A stretch of DNA of 64,000 nucleotides from an uncultured virus (IMG/VR IMGVR_UViG_3300048018_000259) (taxonomy: Duplodnaviria > Heunggongvirae > Uroviricota > Caudoviricetes > Crassvirales): IMG/VR virus record IMGVR_UViG_3300048018_000259; one strand, written 5' to 3'. Shown here in pieces: positions 48,857-59,057 of the stretch. The notes beneath the pieces are model-generated. The model made no database searches. It was not told the origin of the DNA and was given only the letters and a program-made list of their open reading frames with translations. Made by a program: the position numbers and the translations under genes. How positions within the stretch are numbered: the stretch's first letter is position 1; each line of letters starts with the position of its first letter.

Positions 48857-50053
48857 TTAGTTAAATTTTTTTGTTTTAATTCGTAAGCTTTTGGAATCAG
48901 CACCGCTTATAGCTTTTACCTTAAGTCCATTTATAAACACATCTCCTTGAGTAGACCTAGCTTTAGTGCTACTTAAGTTTTTAGAACTGTTTACAACTTC
49001 CTTTACAGCATCCGCTTTTCCTTGCTCATAAAAATGAGCCGCGATCTTATCCACGTTGTCAGCCGCATACATAGCTTTGTGATAACCTTTTGCATCAGTA
49101 ACATTACCTTCAGCGTCTAGGAACTTCCCGACAAGGTTTTTAATGTTTGATTGGTTTTCTGCAACTTTATCACGATTTTGAATATTGTACTTATAGTTCT
49201 TTTCTCCAACCTTAATATCGAAACCTTCGAAATTGTCATTAAAAAGTTGTTTAGTACTTTCTTTAAATTGTGCATGCTGTTGCTCCGCTTGTTCTTGCTG
49301 CTCGTTATATCGGTTAAAAAAGTCCATAGCTTTTTGTTGATCTTGAGTAACGCCCGGTCTCAACTTGATCTCGTCGTAATACTTACTCTTGGTTTCTTCC
49401 AAATAGTTTTTGGCTTTTGCAACTTCTTCTTTAAACGCAATTTTCTTTTTGCGCATATCTTTTTCCTCATCAACATCTTCGTCATAAACAAAGTCTTCTA
49501 AGATGAGATCTATATCTTCGCCTTCTAAATAAGGCTTTTCTTTTTTGTAATATTCTTTTAACAATGTAACATCATCCACTTTTGAATAGTCTGCATTTAG
49601 TCTAGCATAGTCCTCTATTGTCCCACCTGTATCTTCCATAAAAGAAACAAGCTTTTCAATATTTTTTGGCAATTCCTTACCAAGAATTTTTTTGTCTTGC
49701 TTAGCTTTTTCAACTTCAGCTTTTACTTCTTCTACGTTATCTACTTTGACTTCTTTGATTGGAGAAAACCCTTCAATATTCTCGTTGGGCTTTTGTACAG
49801 GTTCTCCCATCTTTGCGCTATCTCCGGATGGTTCTTCCACAGATACCTTCTCTGCTTCTCCGATTTGAATGGCATCTTCTTTTTGTTTAGGTATTATTAC
49901 TTTTTTAACGTCTGGCTCTAATTCAACTAAGGGTTCTTTAATATTAACCTTAACTGGCTCTTCGCTCACGTTTGTTAATTTTTTAGGAGTTTTCTTTTTA
50001 ATTTTAAACTCACCTTCCTGTTTAACAGGTTCATTTGTTTTTGTTTCTGACAT
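48857..50053 (-). CDS. Putative capsid scaffolding protein (398 aa)
   Basis: E/K-rich coiled coil between portal and MCP; FYEQGKADA motif. Confidence 0.7.
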   Translation of the reverse strand: MSETKTNEPVKQEGEFKIKKKTPKKLTNVSEEPVKVNIKEPLVELEPDVKKVIIPKQKEDAIQIGEAEKVSVEEPSGDSAKMGEPVQKPNENIEGFSPIKEVKVDNVEEVKAEVEKAKQDKKILGKELPKNIEKLVSFMEDTGGTIEDYARLNADYSKVDDVTLLKEYYKKEKPYLEGEDIDLILEDFVYDEDVDEEKDMRKKKIAFKEEVAKAKNYLEETKSKYYDEIKLRPGVTQDQQKAMDFFNRYNEQQEQAEQQHAQFKESTKQLFNDNFEGFDIKVGEKNYKYNIQNRDKVAENQSNIKNLVGKFLDAEGNVTDAKGYHKAMYAADNVDKIAAHFYEQGKADAVKEVVNSSKNLSSTKARSTQGDVFINGLKVKAISGADSKSLRIKTKKFN

Positions 50054-50083
50054 AATATAATATAATTAAATAGTTGTTACTTT

Positions 50084-52471
50084 CTATATGAAAGCTTGCA
50101 TGCCTTGTTCAGGCTGATTTTCAAAGTCTATTGGTAAGCCGTCATTTTTTCTTTGACTTATTAATTCACTTTGTTGTGTAGCTTCCATTTTGCTACGTTT
50201 ATCTTTACGATCTTCAATTGCTCCTTCTTTTTGCTGGATTGTTTGAACATCTAATTGTTTAAGTTGCATATCGTATTGGAATTTTGATTGCATTTTTTGC
50301 GCTTCTAATTGCGCTGCTATTTCCATACGTTGTATTTCCATTTGATTTTTTGATTGCTCAAATTGAACATTAGCTCCCATTATAGCTTCTTGCTTTTGTA
50401 CTTCAGCCATTGCTGTTTTTTCTGCAGTATCAGCTTGTGCTTGCCCTTGAGCTGCAATATTGGCTTGCTGGTTAGCTTGATCTTGTTTAGCTTTTGCTTT
50501 ACGCTTTATTTTAAGCATTTGATTTGCTAGCTTAAGATTTTTTATTTGTCTTAAGTCTATAGCATCTTCCAAATTCAAACTACCTTGTTGTAATGAAACT
50601 TGAATATTTGCTTCAAGCTGTGCTAGCTCTTCGTCATCTGGCTCTAGTTCTAAGAATATGCCAAAGTCATGCAGGTTTAAATTTATAACCTCGTCTAAAG
50701 TTTTTATATTAAACGTTGATATAGAATTTTGTAATGCACTTCTTGTGAGTGGAAATTCTAAAGCATCTGCTATTTTAAGAGCAATGTTTTCAGCTAGTTT
50801 AAGCGTTATATAAAGACTAGACTGATTAATATGCCTAGTAGCAACATTGGACGCATTAGCAGCCATCTTTTGCAGTCCTACGAGAGAATTTTTATCCATT
50901 GCCGTGCCGTCTCTTGCTTCGTTTAAACCCGTTACATCACGTATCATTTGTAAATAATATTGATACGTTTGTATAAGTGCTGCAATTTTAGCTTGACCGC
51001 TTGAACTATTAAGTTCTTGGATAGGTACTTTACCAGCATTCATATCACCGTCTTGTGTAAGTGATCTACCTACAATAGAACCTGTTTGGAAATACATATT
51101 AAGTGCTTCCGCAGGATTGTAGTTTGTGCCATTACCTAAATCAACTTCCGCAAGCCCGTCCATATCTAAGTATACACCGTCTGGTACCATACGAGATAAA
51201 ACTTGCTGCAGCTTTAAATGAGTTAATTGAATCATATCAGCAAAACCAATACATTTGCTTACAATAGATTCAATTCTTCCTTTGTACATTCTAGGTGCAC
51301 ATATAGCATAATTCATTTCAACCTTAGTTGTATCTGCTACAGGCCTTGACATATTTTCTGCCAACTCCCATTTAAGCATATCATTATTGCCTAATACTTT
51401 TGCCCCTGTATATAATACTTCAATAGATCTTGATACTCTTTCAAAATTATCATTTTCAGGTGGGTTAAATGTATCTGGCTTTTCTAAAGCTTTCATTAAC
51501 CCTTGTTCTGTTTGCTTTATTTTAAATACTTGATTATGATATGTTTTATATTCAAAGTATAAAACTTGTACAGTATTTTTATCGTAATTACCCCATCCTG
51601 TTACATATTGACTGTTGCCTGGCATTTTTTGAATTCTTTCAAGCTCCTCTTCTGATATGTTAGGAAATTCTTTTTTAAGTTCAGGTATTGTTATAGACTT
51701 TACTTCGCCTACATAATATATGTCATCAAAGTTTGGATCTTCTGTATAAGAATAAACAGCATAAGCTGGATCTACATAATCAACTGTTACACCTTCTGCA
51801 GTATTAAAGCCTGTTTTAGCAATAGCAATCCCTAGAACAGTTAAATCCATGTTTAATCTTTTCCTAGTAAGATCGTATTTGTTTTGAGCAAGTACAGACG
51901 ATATAGCTTCTTCTTCTGCTATTTCAATTGATTGCTTGTAGCTTAGTTGCATATGAAGTTCAAGCTCTTCTTTAGACTCTGGTATTGTATCTATATTAGG
52001 TGTTTGGTATAAATCAATTCCTAATGTTTGTTTTAAACTATCTAAATACTCTTTAGCTACCATATCCTCATAAAGCATAGAAGCATAATCTGTTCTTTTC
52101 TTTATTGATTGAGGATCTTGTGCATATGCTTTTATATCATAAGACTTAGATGAAATACCATTAACCACTATATCTACAAATTTAGATAATATGGGCACAG
52201 GTTTCCAGTCTAAGTTTAAATAAGACAAATCGCCATTAATTGACAGCTCATCTTTATACTTTTGTATTGATTGCTCTCCTCGAGCATATAATCTTAATTG
52301 GTGAAATTGATTCCAACTAGTTAAATATCTATTACCGTTAGTTCGACCTTGACCAAACCATTCGTATTCAATAGCCTGCCCAACTTGCGTACCATATTCC
52401 AAACTTGCTTTTTCTGCGTCACTTACTACCTGACTTGGAAAAGCGCTGTTTGTGTTAGTATATATACTCAT
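50084..52471 (-). CDS. Portal protein (795 aa)
   Basis: Follows terL; helical with VTGLNEARDG and a Gln-rich C-terminal barrel. Confidence 0.85.
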   Translation of the reverse strand: MSIYTNTNSAFPSQVVSDAEKASLEYGTQVGQAIEYEWFGQGRTNGNRYLTSWNQFHQLRLYARGEQSIQKYKDELSINGDLSYLNLDWKPVPILSKFVDIVVNGISSKSYDIKAYAQDPQSIKKRTDYASMLYEDMVAKEYLDSLKQTLGIDLYQTPNIDTIPESKEELELHMQLSYKQSIEIAEEEAISSVLAQNKYDLTRKRLNMDLTVLGIAIAKTGFNTAEGVTVDYVDPAYAVYSYTEDPNFDDIYYVGEVKSITIPELKKEFPNISEEELERIQKMPGNSQYVTGWGNYDKNTVQVLYFEYKTYHNQVFKIKQTEQGLMKALEKPDTFNPPENDNFERVSRSIEVLYTGAKVLGNNDMLKWELAENMSRPVADTTKVEMNYAICAPRMYKGRIESIVSKCIGFADMIQLTHLKLQQVLSRMVPDGVYLDMDGLAEVDLGNGTNYNPAEALNMYFQTGSIVGRSLTQDGDMNAGKVPIQELNSSSGQAKIAALIQTYQYYLQMIRDVTGLNEARDGTAMDKNSLVGLQKMAANASNVATRHINQSSLYITLKLAENIALKIADALEFPLTRSALQNSISTFNIKTLDEVINLNLHDFGIFLELEPDDEELAQLEANIQVSLQQGSLNLEDAIDLRQIKNLKLANQMLKIKRKAKAKQDQANQQANIAAQGQAQADTAEKTAMAEVQKQEAIMGANVQFEQSKNQMEIQRMEIAAQLEAQKMQSKFQYDMQLKQLDVQTIQQKEGAIEDRKDKRSKMEATQQSELISQRKNDGLPIDFENQPEQGMQAFI

Positions 52472-54685
52472 TTAACTTATTATTTTTGATATTGAACCTT
52501 TGTTGTCGTATTTTTTAATTCCTAAATCAACTGGCAATGGCCTTTCTCTTTTAGGACCTGGCGTGTATCTATGTTTGTTACATGCCATTAATGCTAAGCC
52601 GGAGCTTATAGATGCATCGTGTTTTGTTCTATTATTAATATTAAACTTTGCCCAATCTTCTAATGTTCTTTGAAAGTATACGTCGCCGTATCCTGTTTCT
52701 TTTAGCCCTACAAATTCATTTATATATGTTTCTATAGCGGCTGCGTGAGCTTGTTTTATATCTTCACTTGAGTTTGGTATACCACCTAACTCTCTTTCTG
52801 TTACTGATAATTTGTTATATTTTCTATCCGGTCTATTAATTGAATAGCCTCTATAGCCTCTTCGTTTGAAATGATATAACAATCTTGGTTTGTTATTTTC
52901 TGCTAGTATGGGCATTCCGTAAAAAACACATGCCATAAGCACATCTTCAAAAAATATTTCAGCTGTTTGTGGTCTAGCTATATATTCTAAAAAGAAATGA
53001 TTAGGAGGCACATCTTCCATGCTAAACTTCGTTAAACCGTGAAGAGCGCCTTTCGACCCCCTACCGTCCACAGTGCCTGATATATCATATGGATCACAAC
53101 CAAATGCTCCACAATGCTCATTGCCAGGATAATTAGTACCATTTTTTATATATCTTTTATTTTGCAAGTTTGCCGGCGGAACCCAAGTTACTAAAAATCT
53201 ACCATCATTATTTGGAACAAATATTACTTTAGTATCTTTTTCTCCGTGCTCCCATTGAAAACTTCCTCTTGTTACGTTGATTGAGTTTTTAAGATCTTCA
53301 TTAAAATCTATTTGTTGATATATCTTAGTTAGATTAAATAAGGATTGTTTTGATTCATCTCTAAATGCGTGCTTAGTTGTACGCGGAAATTGTCTGTAAA
53401 ATTCATTTAAACTATCTTGATCTGATTTTAAACCTTCTACTTCATTTTCCCAGTACTCTATTACGCCTTGTGTTATTTTTGTTCCGTGTGGATCTGTAAC
53501 TTCTTTTTTTGGTGTGTTGAATACAGGTAAGCCATAAGAATCAATGTATCCTTCGTAGTTCCATTCCATAGGTATGAACAAAGAATAGAGTCCTGAGCGA
53601 GTCTGTCCGTTGGCGTTTCTTTGTGTAACATCTGAATCATTATAAAGCTTTTTAAAATTATCGCCGCCTTTATCTAATGAGTTTGACGTTGATCCCATCA
53701 TACATTTACCTATTACTCTACTACCTAATCTAAGGGTGGTTTTCGTAACACGCCAGTTGTTGAGGATGTTGTTGGGCCTTTCCCATTTCCCCGATTCATC
53801 GTGGACGAGGAGTTTGAGTTTCTCCCCATCATAGGCGTTGTCGCCGGTGTTCTTCCAGTCGATGGTGGTGTCCAAACCGGTAATTTCTTGTATTTTTTCG
53901 TTGGCTTCAAGCTTTCTACGGGTAAATTTGGAGGCAGGGACTCTGTAGGCGAGCTCGGTCTTTGGCCTGTCCATACCGTCCTGGATCGGTTTGAAAAAGA
54001 AGGGATAGTTGACGGAAATAGGTACGACCTTATCTGTGAACATCTTTTTAGCATCGGCACCAGATTTGGACAATATGCCAAACCGTGAATCCGTTGATAT
54101 TGTAGCAAGGTTGACCGATTCAGCTGAGGACATAAATGAAAATCCGCTTCGACGGTTTTTAAGATAACACATTCCATATGACCTGGTATCGGATTTGCAT
54201 GCCTCCCAAAATATGTAGAATAATCTATTCGATTCCCTAAAGTCTGGTTGCCCGACGTCAATCTTACTCCACTGCAAGTACATATAATAAGTGCCAGTAA
54301 TGTAAGTAGGAATACCTTTGCTAATGAACCAAAAGCCTTCTTCACGTCGTATAAATTCTTCATCAATATAGTCATACCATTTTTCTTTAAAATCTAACGG
54401 GTATTCTTCCCAGTCAAATACAGATTTAATTTTTTTTAATTCTTTTGGGTATTCAGAATAAGTCCATTTATCATTTTCAAATTCAACTACATTAGCTTTT
54501 TTAGGCAAAGCTATTTTTAAGTTTTGTATTTCGTATATTTCTCCTATCTCACCTGTTTTACTTATAACGACAAGATCGTGCTCTTCGTTATAGCCATATT
54601 CCCATTTTTTATACCTATTCATTCTTTTAAGAACTTGAGGCTTTACATGGTCTTTTAATACTTTATATAAAGTTTGTTCGTACAT
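52472..54685 (-). CDS. terL: Terminase large subunit (737 aa)
   Basis: KNRRSGFS (Walker A variant), LVHDESGKW (Walker B), GST, nuclease GCDPY...HDA. Confidence 0.9.
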   Translation of the reverse strand: MYEQTLYKVLKDHVKPQVLKRMNRYKKWEYGYNEEHDLVVISKTGEIGEIYEIQNLKIALPKKANVVEFENDKWTYSEYPKELKKIKSVFDWEEYPLDFKEKWYDYIDEEFIRREEGFWFISKGIPTYITGTYYMYLQWSKIDVGQPDFRESNRLFYIFWEACKSDTRSYGMCYLKNRRSGFSFMSSAESVNLATISTDSRFGILSKSGADAKKMFTDKVVPISVNYPFFFKPIQDGMDRPKTELAYRVPASKFTRRKLEANEKIQEITGLDTTIDWKNTGDNAYDGEKLKLLVHDESGKWERPNNILNNWRVTKTTLRLGSRVIGKCMMGSTSNSLDKGGDNFKKLYNDSDVTQRNANGQTRSGLYSLFIPMEWNYEGYIDSYGLPVFNTPKKEVTDPHGTKITQGVIEYWENEVEGLKSDQDSLNEFYRQFPRTTKHAFRDESKQSLFNLTKIYQQIDFNEDLKNSINVTRGSFQWEHGEKDTKVIFVPNNDGRFLVTWVPPANLQNKRYIKNGTNYPGNEHCGAFGCDPYDISGTVDGRGSKGALHGLTKFSMEDVPPNHFFLEYIARPQTAEIFFEDVLMACVFYGMPILAENNKPRLLYHFKRRGYRGYSINRPDRKYNKLSVTERELGGIPNSSEDIKQAHAAAIETYINEFVGLKETGYGDVYFQRTLEDWAKFNINNRTKHDASISSGLALMACNKHRYTPGPKRERPLPVDLGIKKYDNKGSISKIIS

Positions 54686-54960
54686 TACTTAGATCTACCT
54701 TCAGCAAAACCTCTAAAAGACTTTTCTTCTTTTATTTCTTTAGGCTTTTCATTTAACAAATCTTCTTCAGCTTCAATGCGATTAAGTATTTCAAAGCAAT
54801 CAAATATTGCTAGCTTTTTTGTGGCTGCAGCATTTTTAAGTCTATCTGCTGATATGTCATCATCAGAATCAACAATAGGTTCTTTTGCTACCTTTATTAA
54901 TTCTTCAACAGCTATTTGACCAGCTAGGATTATATTCTTCTTCGTTTCCTTTGTGTTCAT
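54685..54960 (-). CDS. Small helical protein, possible terminase small subunit (91 aa)
   Basis: TAATG-coupled immediately upstream of terL. Confidence 0.45.
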   Translation of the reverse strand: MNTKETKKNIILAGQIAVEELIKVAKEPIVDSDDDISADRLKNAAATKKLAIFDCFEILNRIEAEEDLLNEKPKEIKEEKSFRGFAEGRSK

Positions 54961-55510
54961 ACTTAATTACAATATCATTTGATTTCATACAATATAAACG
55001 CTTACCTTCAATTAAAAATTCCCATTCACCATTAGGTTTGTAACCTACTAGGTCGCCTGGGTTAATATTAAGCGCTTTTAAGAAGCTATTGCCGTATTTT
55101 AATATACCAATAAGACTTTGCTCTTTTTCCAATGTTAAAGACTCTTTGTCTTTTATCGGTGTTATAAAACATCTGTCATTAAACGAATTCCAACCTGTTT
55201 TATTTTTATATAAATATATTTGGTCTGCAGCACAAAAATATAAGTTATCTTTAAACCAAGATCTACTTTTTTTCTTATCACCTTTCATATCATAAAATGT
55301 TCTAAACACATTTTGATGAATGACAATTGTATCGCCTGCTTTAATCCCTGTGCTAAAAGCTTTGGGGGTTTCTAAAACTTTAGCTAACCTATTTACAAAT
55401 TTAAAATCTTCTATACCTGTGTTTACGATTAGCTGCTTGTTACCAACTTTAATTTTATTACTGTACTCATCGCCTAGCGGTTCTACAATAAAGTCGTATA
55501 TACTTTTCAA
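54905..55510 (-). CDS. Tandem GroES-like co-chaperonin (201 aa)
   Basis: Two GroES-like units: IVEP...IKAGDTIV and DRCFITP...INPGDLV...IEGKRLYCMKSNDIV. Confidence 0.6.
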   Translation of the reverse strand: MKSIYDFIVEPLGDEYSNKIKVGNKQLIVNTGIEDFKFVNRLAKVLETPKAFSTGIKAGDTIVIHQNVFRTFYDMKGDKKKSRSWFKDNLYFCAADQIYLYKNKTGWNSFNDRCFITPIKDKESLTLEKEQSLIGILKYGNSFLKALNINPGDLVGYKPNGEWEFLIEGKRLYCMKSNDIVIKYEHKGNEEEYNPSWSNSC

Positions 55511-55734
55511 TACTCCAAGTCATACTCAACAGAGATTGCCATGTTAGAATTAAACTTCTTCCATGGCATAACCTCGTTGTTTTTTTTAATGTGAATATTA
55601 TAAGAACCGTCAGATTCATTTAATAAAATATGCGATATTTCGTGCCCACCATAAACTTGCTGACCAACCGAGTAATGCATTGCATCATTTTTATAATCAG
55701 AACCTATACTGATTTTTCTTATATTATTCTGCAT
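55507..55734 (-). CDS. Hypothetical protein (75 aa)
   Basis: IRKISIG.DYK..AMHY.VGQ; coupled to its neighbours. Confidence 0.65.
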   Translation of the reverse strand: MQNNIRKISIGSDYKNDAMHYSVGQQVYGGHEISHILLNESDGSYNIHIKKNNEVMPWKKFNSNMAISVEYDLEY

Positions 55735-55987
55735 CTTCTTTTTCGATATCAGTATAAGAACCGTCGGTTAAGTCAATATTTATTTGACCGTACTCTTCTT
55801 CAAGCTCTTTTTTAGTATCTTCGATTTCTTTAGATAACTCAGTTATTTGACCGTGAACATTTTGTTTTTGAACATCTAGTACCCCTAAAGTTCTTAAGCC
55901 TTCAGTTAACTTTCCTTGCTGCTCTTGAAGCAATTTTAATTGCTCTTCGGTTATCATTGCTTTTACCATTTCTTTTACTTTACTCAT
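55724..55987 (-). CDS. Coiled-coil hypothetical protein (87 aa)
   Basis: Coiled coil ending YGQINIDLTDG. Confidence 0.65.
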   Translation of the reverse strand: MSKVKEMVKAMITEEQLKLLQEQQGKLTEGLRTLGVLDVQKQNVHGQITELSKEIEDTKKELEEEYGQINIDLTDGSYTDIEKEDAE

Positions 55988-56017
55988 AATTTGATTTTAT
56001 TTAATTGTTTATATTAA

Positions 56018-56045
56018 TATAGTTACTTATATATTAGTTATTTAC
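56018..56045 (-). promoter_or_regulatory. Putative late promoter (class 2 motif)
   Basis: GTAAAT-N13-GTAACTATA. Confidence 0.55.
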
Positions 56046-56604
56046 ATATAACTATGTCTGCGTCTGTTATTGTTGTAAACCCTGTTATGTAATCTACTGC
56101 TATTGGCAATACACTTCCAGCTACTACTTTAAATTCTACACTTTGAGCAGCAATTGGAATTCCAGCATTTACAGCCGTAATAGTAAACCTGCCATTTGCC
56201 CCGCCTGTTTGAACTACAGTAACTATATCCCCCACGTTATAGCCAGATCCCGCAGAATTTCCTATAACAGCAGTGTCAATAACACCACCGGTTTCAGTAA
56301 TAGTTAATGTTAAGCCTTGAGCCATATTGTTAGAACACGTTGTTGGTAGATTTGCTAAAGCGGAATAACCAGTGCCTGCATTTAACTTGCTTAATGTACT
56401 TACAGAACTTAAGCTAGTACCAGCAGGTATAACATTTATTGAACCATTAACCCCGCACCATACAATAGAGCTATTTAATAAGGTTCCTAAATCACCTGTT
56501 TGATTTTCAAAAACCCAAGCTGGCTTACCGTCTGGAGTTCCTGTTTTACCTACAGCTCGCATTCCTTTGCCAAGCACTCCGGCATTAATTACATATTGTC
56601 CCAT
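56038..56604 (-). CDS. Putative structural protein (188 aa)
   Basis: GTGY and GSGYNVGD motifs typical of virion proteins. Confidence 0.55.
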   Translation of the reverse strand: MGQYVINAGVLGKGMRAVGKTGTPDGKPAWVFENQTGDLGTLLNSSIVWCGVNGSINVIPAGTSLSSVSTLSKLNAGTGYSALANLPTTCSNNMAQGLTLTITETGGVIDTAVIGNSAGSGYNVGDIVTVVQTGGANGRFTITAVNAGIPIAAQSVEFKVVAGSVLPIAVDYITGFTTITDADIVICK

Positions 56605-56607
56605 TTT

Positions 56608-57006
56608 TTATTTATTACTTATTGATTTATACTTTTCAAAACCACGTGAGCCAAAATATGCTACATACACGGTTGTTAATAATTGTTTTAATAATTCTAT
56701 CCATTCCTGTTCTACAGTAAATGAAATTTCGTGATGACTATCAACCCATATAAAGGCTATAGCCATAAACGATAAGAATATGAGCGCCATAGGGCGCGTG
56801 TTTTTACTAAGCCACGAATCGGATGTCATATCTGATTCCCAGCGTTTTGTTATTTGGTCTTCTGCATTAGCTGCGGCTTTTTCAACTATGACTTGAATTT
56901 CTTTTTTAATCTGAAGCTTTTCTTCGTCTGTAGTTGTAAGCTTGTCAATAACGTCACCAACATCTTTGATAACGTTACCGCTTAGCCATTCCCAAATTTT
57001 TTTCAA
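56608..57006 (-). CDS. Holin (3TM/GTA-holin-like)
   Basis: D..SDSWLSKNTRP, hydrophobic helices, YFGSRGFEK. Confidence 0.8.
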   Translation of the reverse strand: MKKIWEWLSGNVIKDVGDVIDKLTTTDEEKLQIKKEIQVIVEKAAANAEDQITKRWESDMTSDSWLSKNTRPMALIFLSFMAIAFIWVDSHHEISFTVEQEWIELLKQLLTTVYVAYFGSRGFEKYKSISNK

Positions 57007-57009
57007 ATT

Positions 57010-57354
57010 TTATTCTTTTTTAGTAAGCTCAATTATTCCGTGAAAATCACCGCTGAATTCACAAATAATAGTTTTTTTGTTTTTTAATCTATACTTTATA
57101 ATTACCTCATATCCATTTCTAGGATTATAACATTCAGTTGTAAATGTATAATCATCTTGATGTAAAATAGTTTCTTTAATATAGTTGTCAAATTTAAAGC
57201 TAAAATTAAACACCTGTAGCACAGCATAGTCGCTTGCTATAATAGTAGTTACATATGATGATGTGTCTGTAACCCATTCGCCCTCAAATTGCTTTTGTGC
57301 TTGAGTTGTTAAAAATGTTAATACGCTAAATAGTGTAATAAATAATTTTTTCAT
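57010..57354 (-). CDS. Secreted protein with signal peptide (114 aa)
   Basis: MKKLFITLFSVLTFLTTQA-Q, a Bacteroidota-style SPI cleavage before Gln. Confidence 0.65.
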   Translation of the reverse strand: MKKLFITLFSVLTFLTTQAQKQFEGEWVTDTSSYVTTIIASDYAVLQVFNFSFKFDNYIKETILHQDDYTFTTECYNPRNGYEVIIKYRLKNKKTIICEFSGDFHGIIELTKKE

Positions 57355-57380
57355 AATATTAAATTTAAGTGTTATATTAA

Positions 57381-57409
57381 TATTATTACATAAATTATTA
57401 ATGTTTTAA
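57381..57409 (-). promoter_or_regulatory. Putative late promoter (class 2 motif)
   Basis: TTAAAA-N14-GTAATAATA. Confidence 0.5.
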
Positions 57410-58164
57410 AATAACTCGCCGCCTCTTGTATCGAAGTAATTATCTTTTAAAGGTAGTCTAGCACGCTTCCCAAAATAATCTCTATAATAGTCAGCTTCGT
57501 CTTGAGCAATTCCTGATTCTCTTCTTAGGTTGTTATATGCAGTAATCATTGCTGCATTTTTATAAGCAGGGTGATTGCTTCTTTCTATTCCAGGGGCATT
57601 TGGATTTGTGCCCAATGTTTTAGGTCCGCTGTATGTTGCATCTATTGCATCGAATATTGCATCACTCATTTCATTTTCTGTAGGGTTTGAGAATCTTGCT
57701 TCTCGTAATTTATCTCCTATTTTTGAGGATGCTTTTGCAGCTTTCTCATACTCTTTTAATATTTCTGGATTACCTCTTATACCTCTTGTGTTTCGCGATT
57801 GCTGAATAACTCTTTCTTCTCTTCTTTTTGAAGGTGGTGTATAGCCGCCGTTAGTATCATTAAAATCGTTAAAATCTTTTAACTCTGGGTTTATTAAGGT
57901 TTGAGATGATAAATATGGGTATTTTCTAGACGGATTAATGTCTTCCATTCCACGAGGATCAAAATAAGAATTAGTTATTTTAGTTTTAGCGCTTCGTAAA
58001 TTTTTTTGGAAAGCGTTTTTACCTCTAAATGAAAATTGAGGTAAATCTAACTCACCCCCAACAATATCAGGGTCATTGCTTTTCAATTGCTCTTCATTAA
58101 ATTTATCCTTCATTCTTCTAAAAGTAGTAGAGTCAAATGAGTTGTGTCCTGGTCTGTGTGCCAT
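57406..58164 (-). CDS. Hypothetical protein (252 aa)
   Basis: Likely start MAHRPG just after the upstream stop. Confidence 0.6.
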   Translation of the reverse strand: MAHRPGHNSFDSTTFRRMKDKFNEEQLKSNDPDIVGGELDLPQFSFRGKNAFQKNLRSAKTKITNSYFDPRGMEDINPSRKYPYLSSQTLINPELKDFNDFNDTNGGYTPPSKRREERVIQQSRNTRGIRGNPEILKEYEKAAKASSKIGDKLREARFSNPTENEMSDAIFDAIDATYSGPKTLGTNPNAPGIERSNHPAYKNAAMITAYNNLRRESGIAQDEADYYRDYFGKRARLPLKDNYFDTRGGELF

Positions 58165-58165
58165 A

Positions 58166-58474
58166 TTATGAGTTTTTATAAGCTTCGTTTTCCCAAGGCA
58201 AATTTTTTGCCCCTTCTTCCATATCAGCTCTTGAATATTTTTTACCCTTCCAATATACGTTGTCATCATCGTAATCTAAATCACCACGCTTCATTTGATT
58301 TATATGAACCATTTCATGATTAATTACATCCTGACATTGAGAAGGATCTAAGTCTTTGTTTAATATTATAGTACCATTATTGTTAGCTTTTCCCATAACA
58401 CCATCTTCCATAGGTACATTGTAAATTGGAGTATTGTCTGTTTTATACGGGGCGTTAGTGAGTTTAAAAGCCAT
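58166..58474 (-). CDS. Small zincin-like metallopeptidase (102 aa)
   Basis: HEMVH followed by PWENEAY. Confidence 0.75.
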   Translation of the reverse strand: MAFKLTNAPYKTDNTPIYNVPMEDGVMGKANNNGTIILNKDLDPSQCQDVINHEMVHINQMKRGDLDYDDDNVYWKGKKYSRADMEEGAKNLPWENEAYKNS

Positions 58475-58477
58475 CTG

Positions 58478-58633
58478 TTATTGTTTGTAAGGAAATATTT
58501 TATTTAACACTCCTTTTCTGGCTTCACAACCGCAAGGGAGGTTTAATCCCTTGCTCATTGTGTCAACCATTGTTTTGATACCAGTAGCTTTAGTAAACTT
58601 TTCTACGCTGTCTCCTAAACCTTTTGATTTCAT
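58478..58633 (-). CDS. Small protein, GLGD...CGC family (51 aa)
   Basis: MKSKGLGDSVEKFTKATGIK...PCGCEARKGVLNKIFPYKQ. Confidence 0.7.
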   Translation of the reverse strand: MKSKGLGDSVEKFTKATGIKTMVDTMSKGLNLPCGCEARKGVLNKIFPYKQ

Positions 58634-58638
58634 AAATA

Positions 58639-59019
58639 TTAACTAAAAGCTGCAGCAGTGTAAGTTACAAAAGTAGCTGGCGCTGTTATTAATATTTTTC
58701 CTTGTTGCCCTGATTGAGCTGCTGGTACTTGTGCAGTTTTTATAGGTGATCCAAGTGTAGATGTAATTCCTCCTGGGTTTGCAGTTAAAGCAGAATTAAA
58801 AGCAGCTAAAACATCTCCAGCTACTAAAGCAGCAGTGTGAGTTACTTCTACAACATCAAAAGCTGCAGCAGCGTTTAATAAAATTCTAGTTTTAGTTGTT
58901 GGATTTGCTCCAGGTCCAGCTACATCTCCAGGTATTACTGATACTACTTGGTCAATTGCTATTAATTGTTCTGGTGTATTAGCCACTCCAGTTAGTGGGA
59001 TCTTTAAAAATTTTGCCAT
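58639..59019 (-). CDS. Putative virion protein (126 aa)
   Basis: Ala/Thr-rich with capsid-like codon bias. Confidence 0.6.
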   Translation of the reverse strand: MAKFLKIPLTGVANTPEQLIAIDQVVSVIPGDVAGPGANPTTKTRILLNAAAAFDVVEVTHTAALVAGDVLAAFNSALTANPGGITSTLGSPIKTAQVPAAQSGQQGKILITAPATFVTYTAAAFS

Positions 59020-59024
59020 TTTTT

Positions 59025-59057
59025 GTTAGTGTTAGTGTTAGTGTTAGTGTTAGTGTT
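59025..59057 (-). repeat. Tandem hexamer (ACTAAC) x5.5
   Basis: GTTAGT repeated on +, 5 nt upstream of ATG 59019. Confidence 0.9.
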
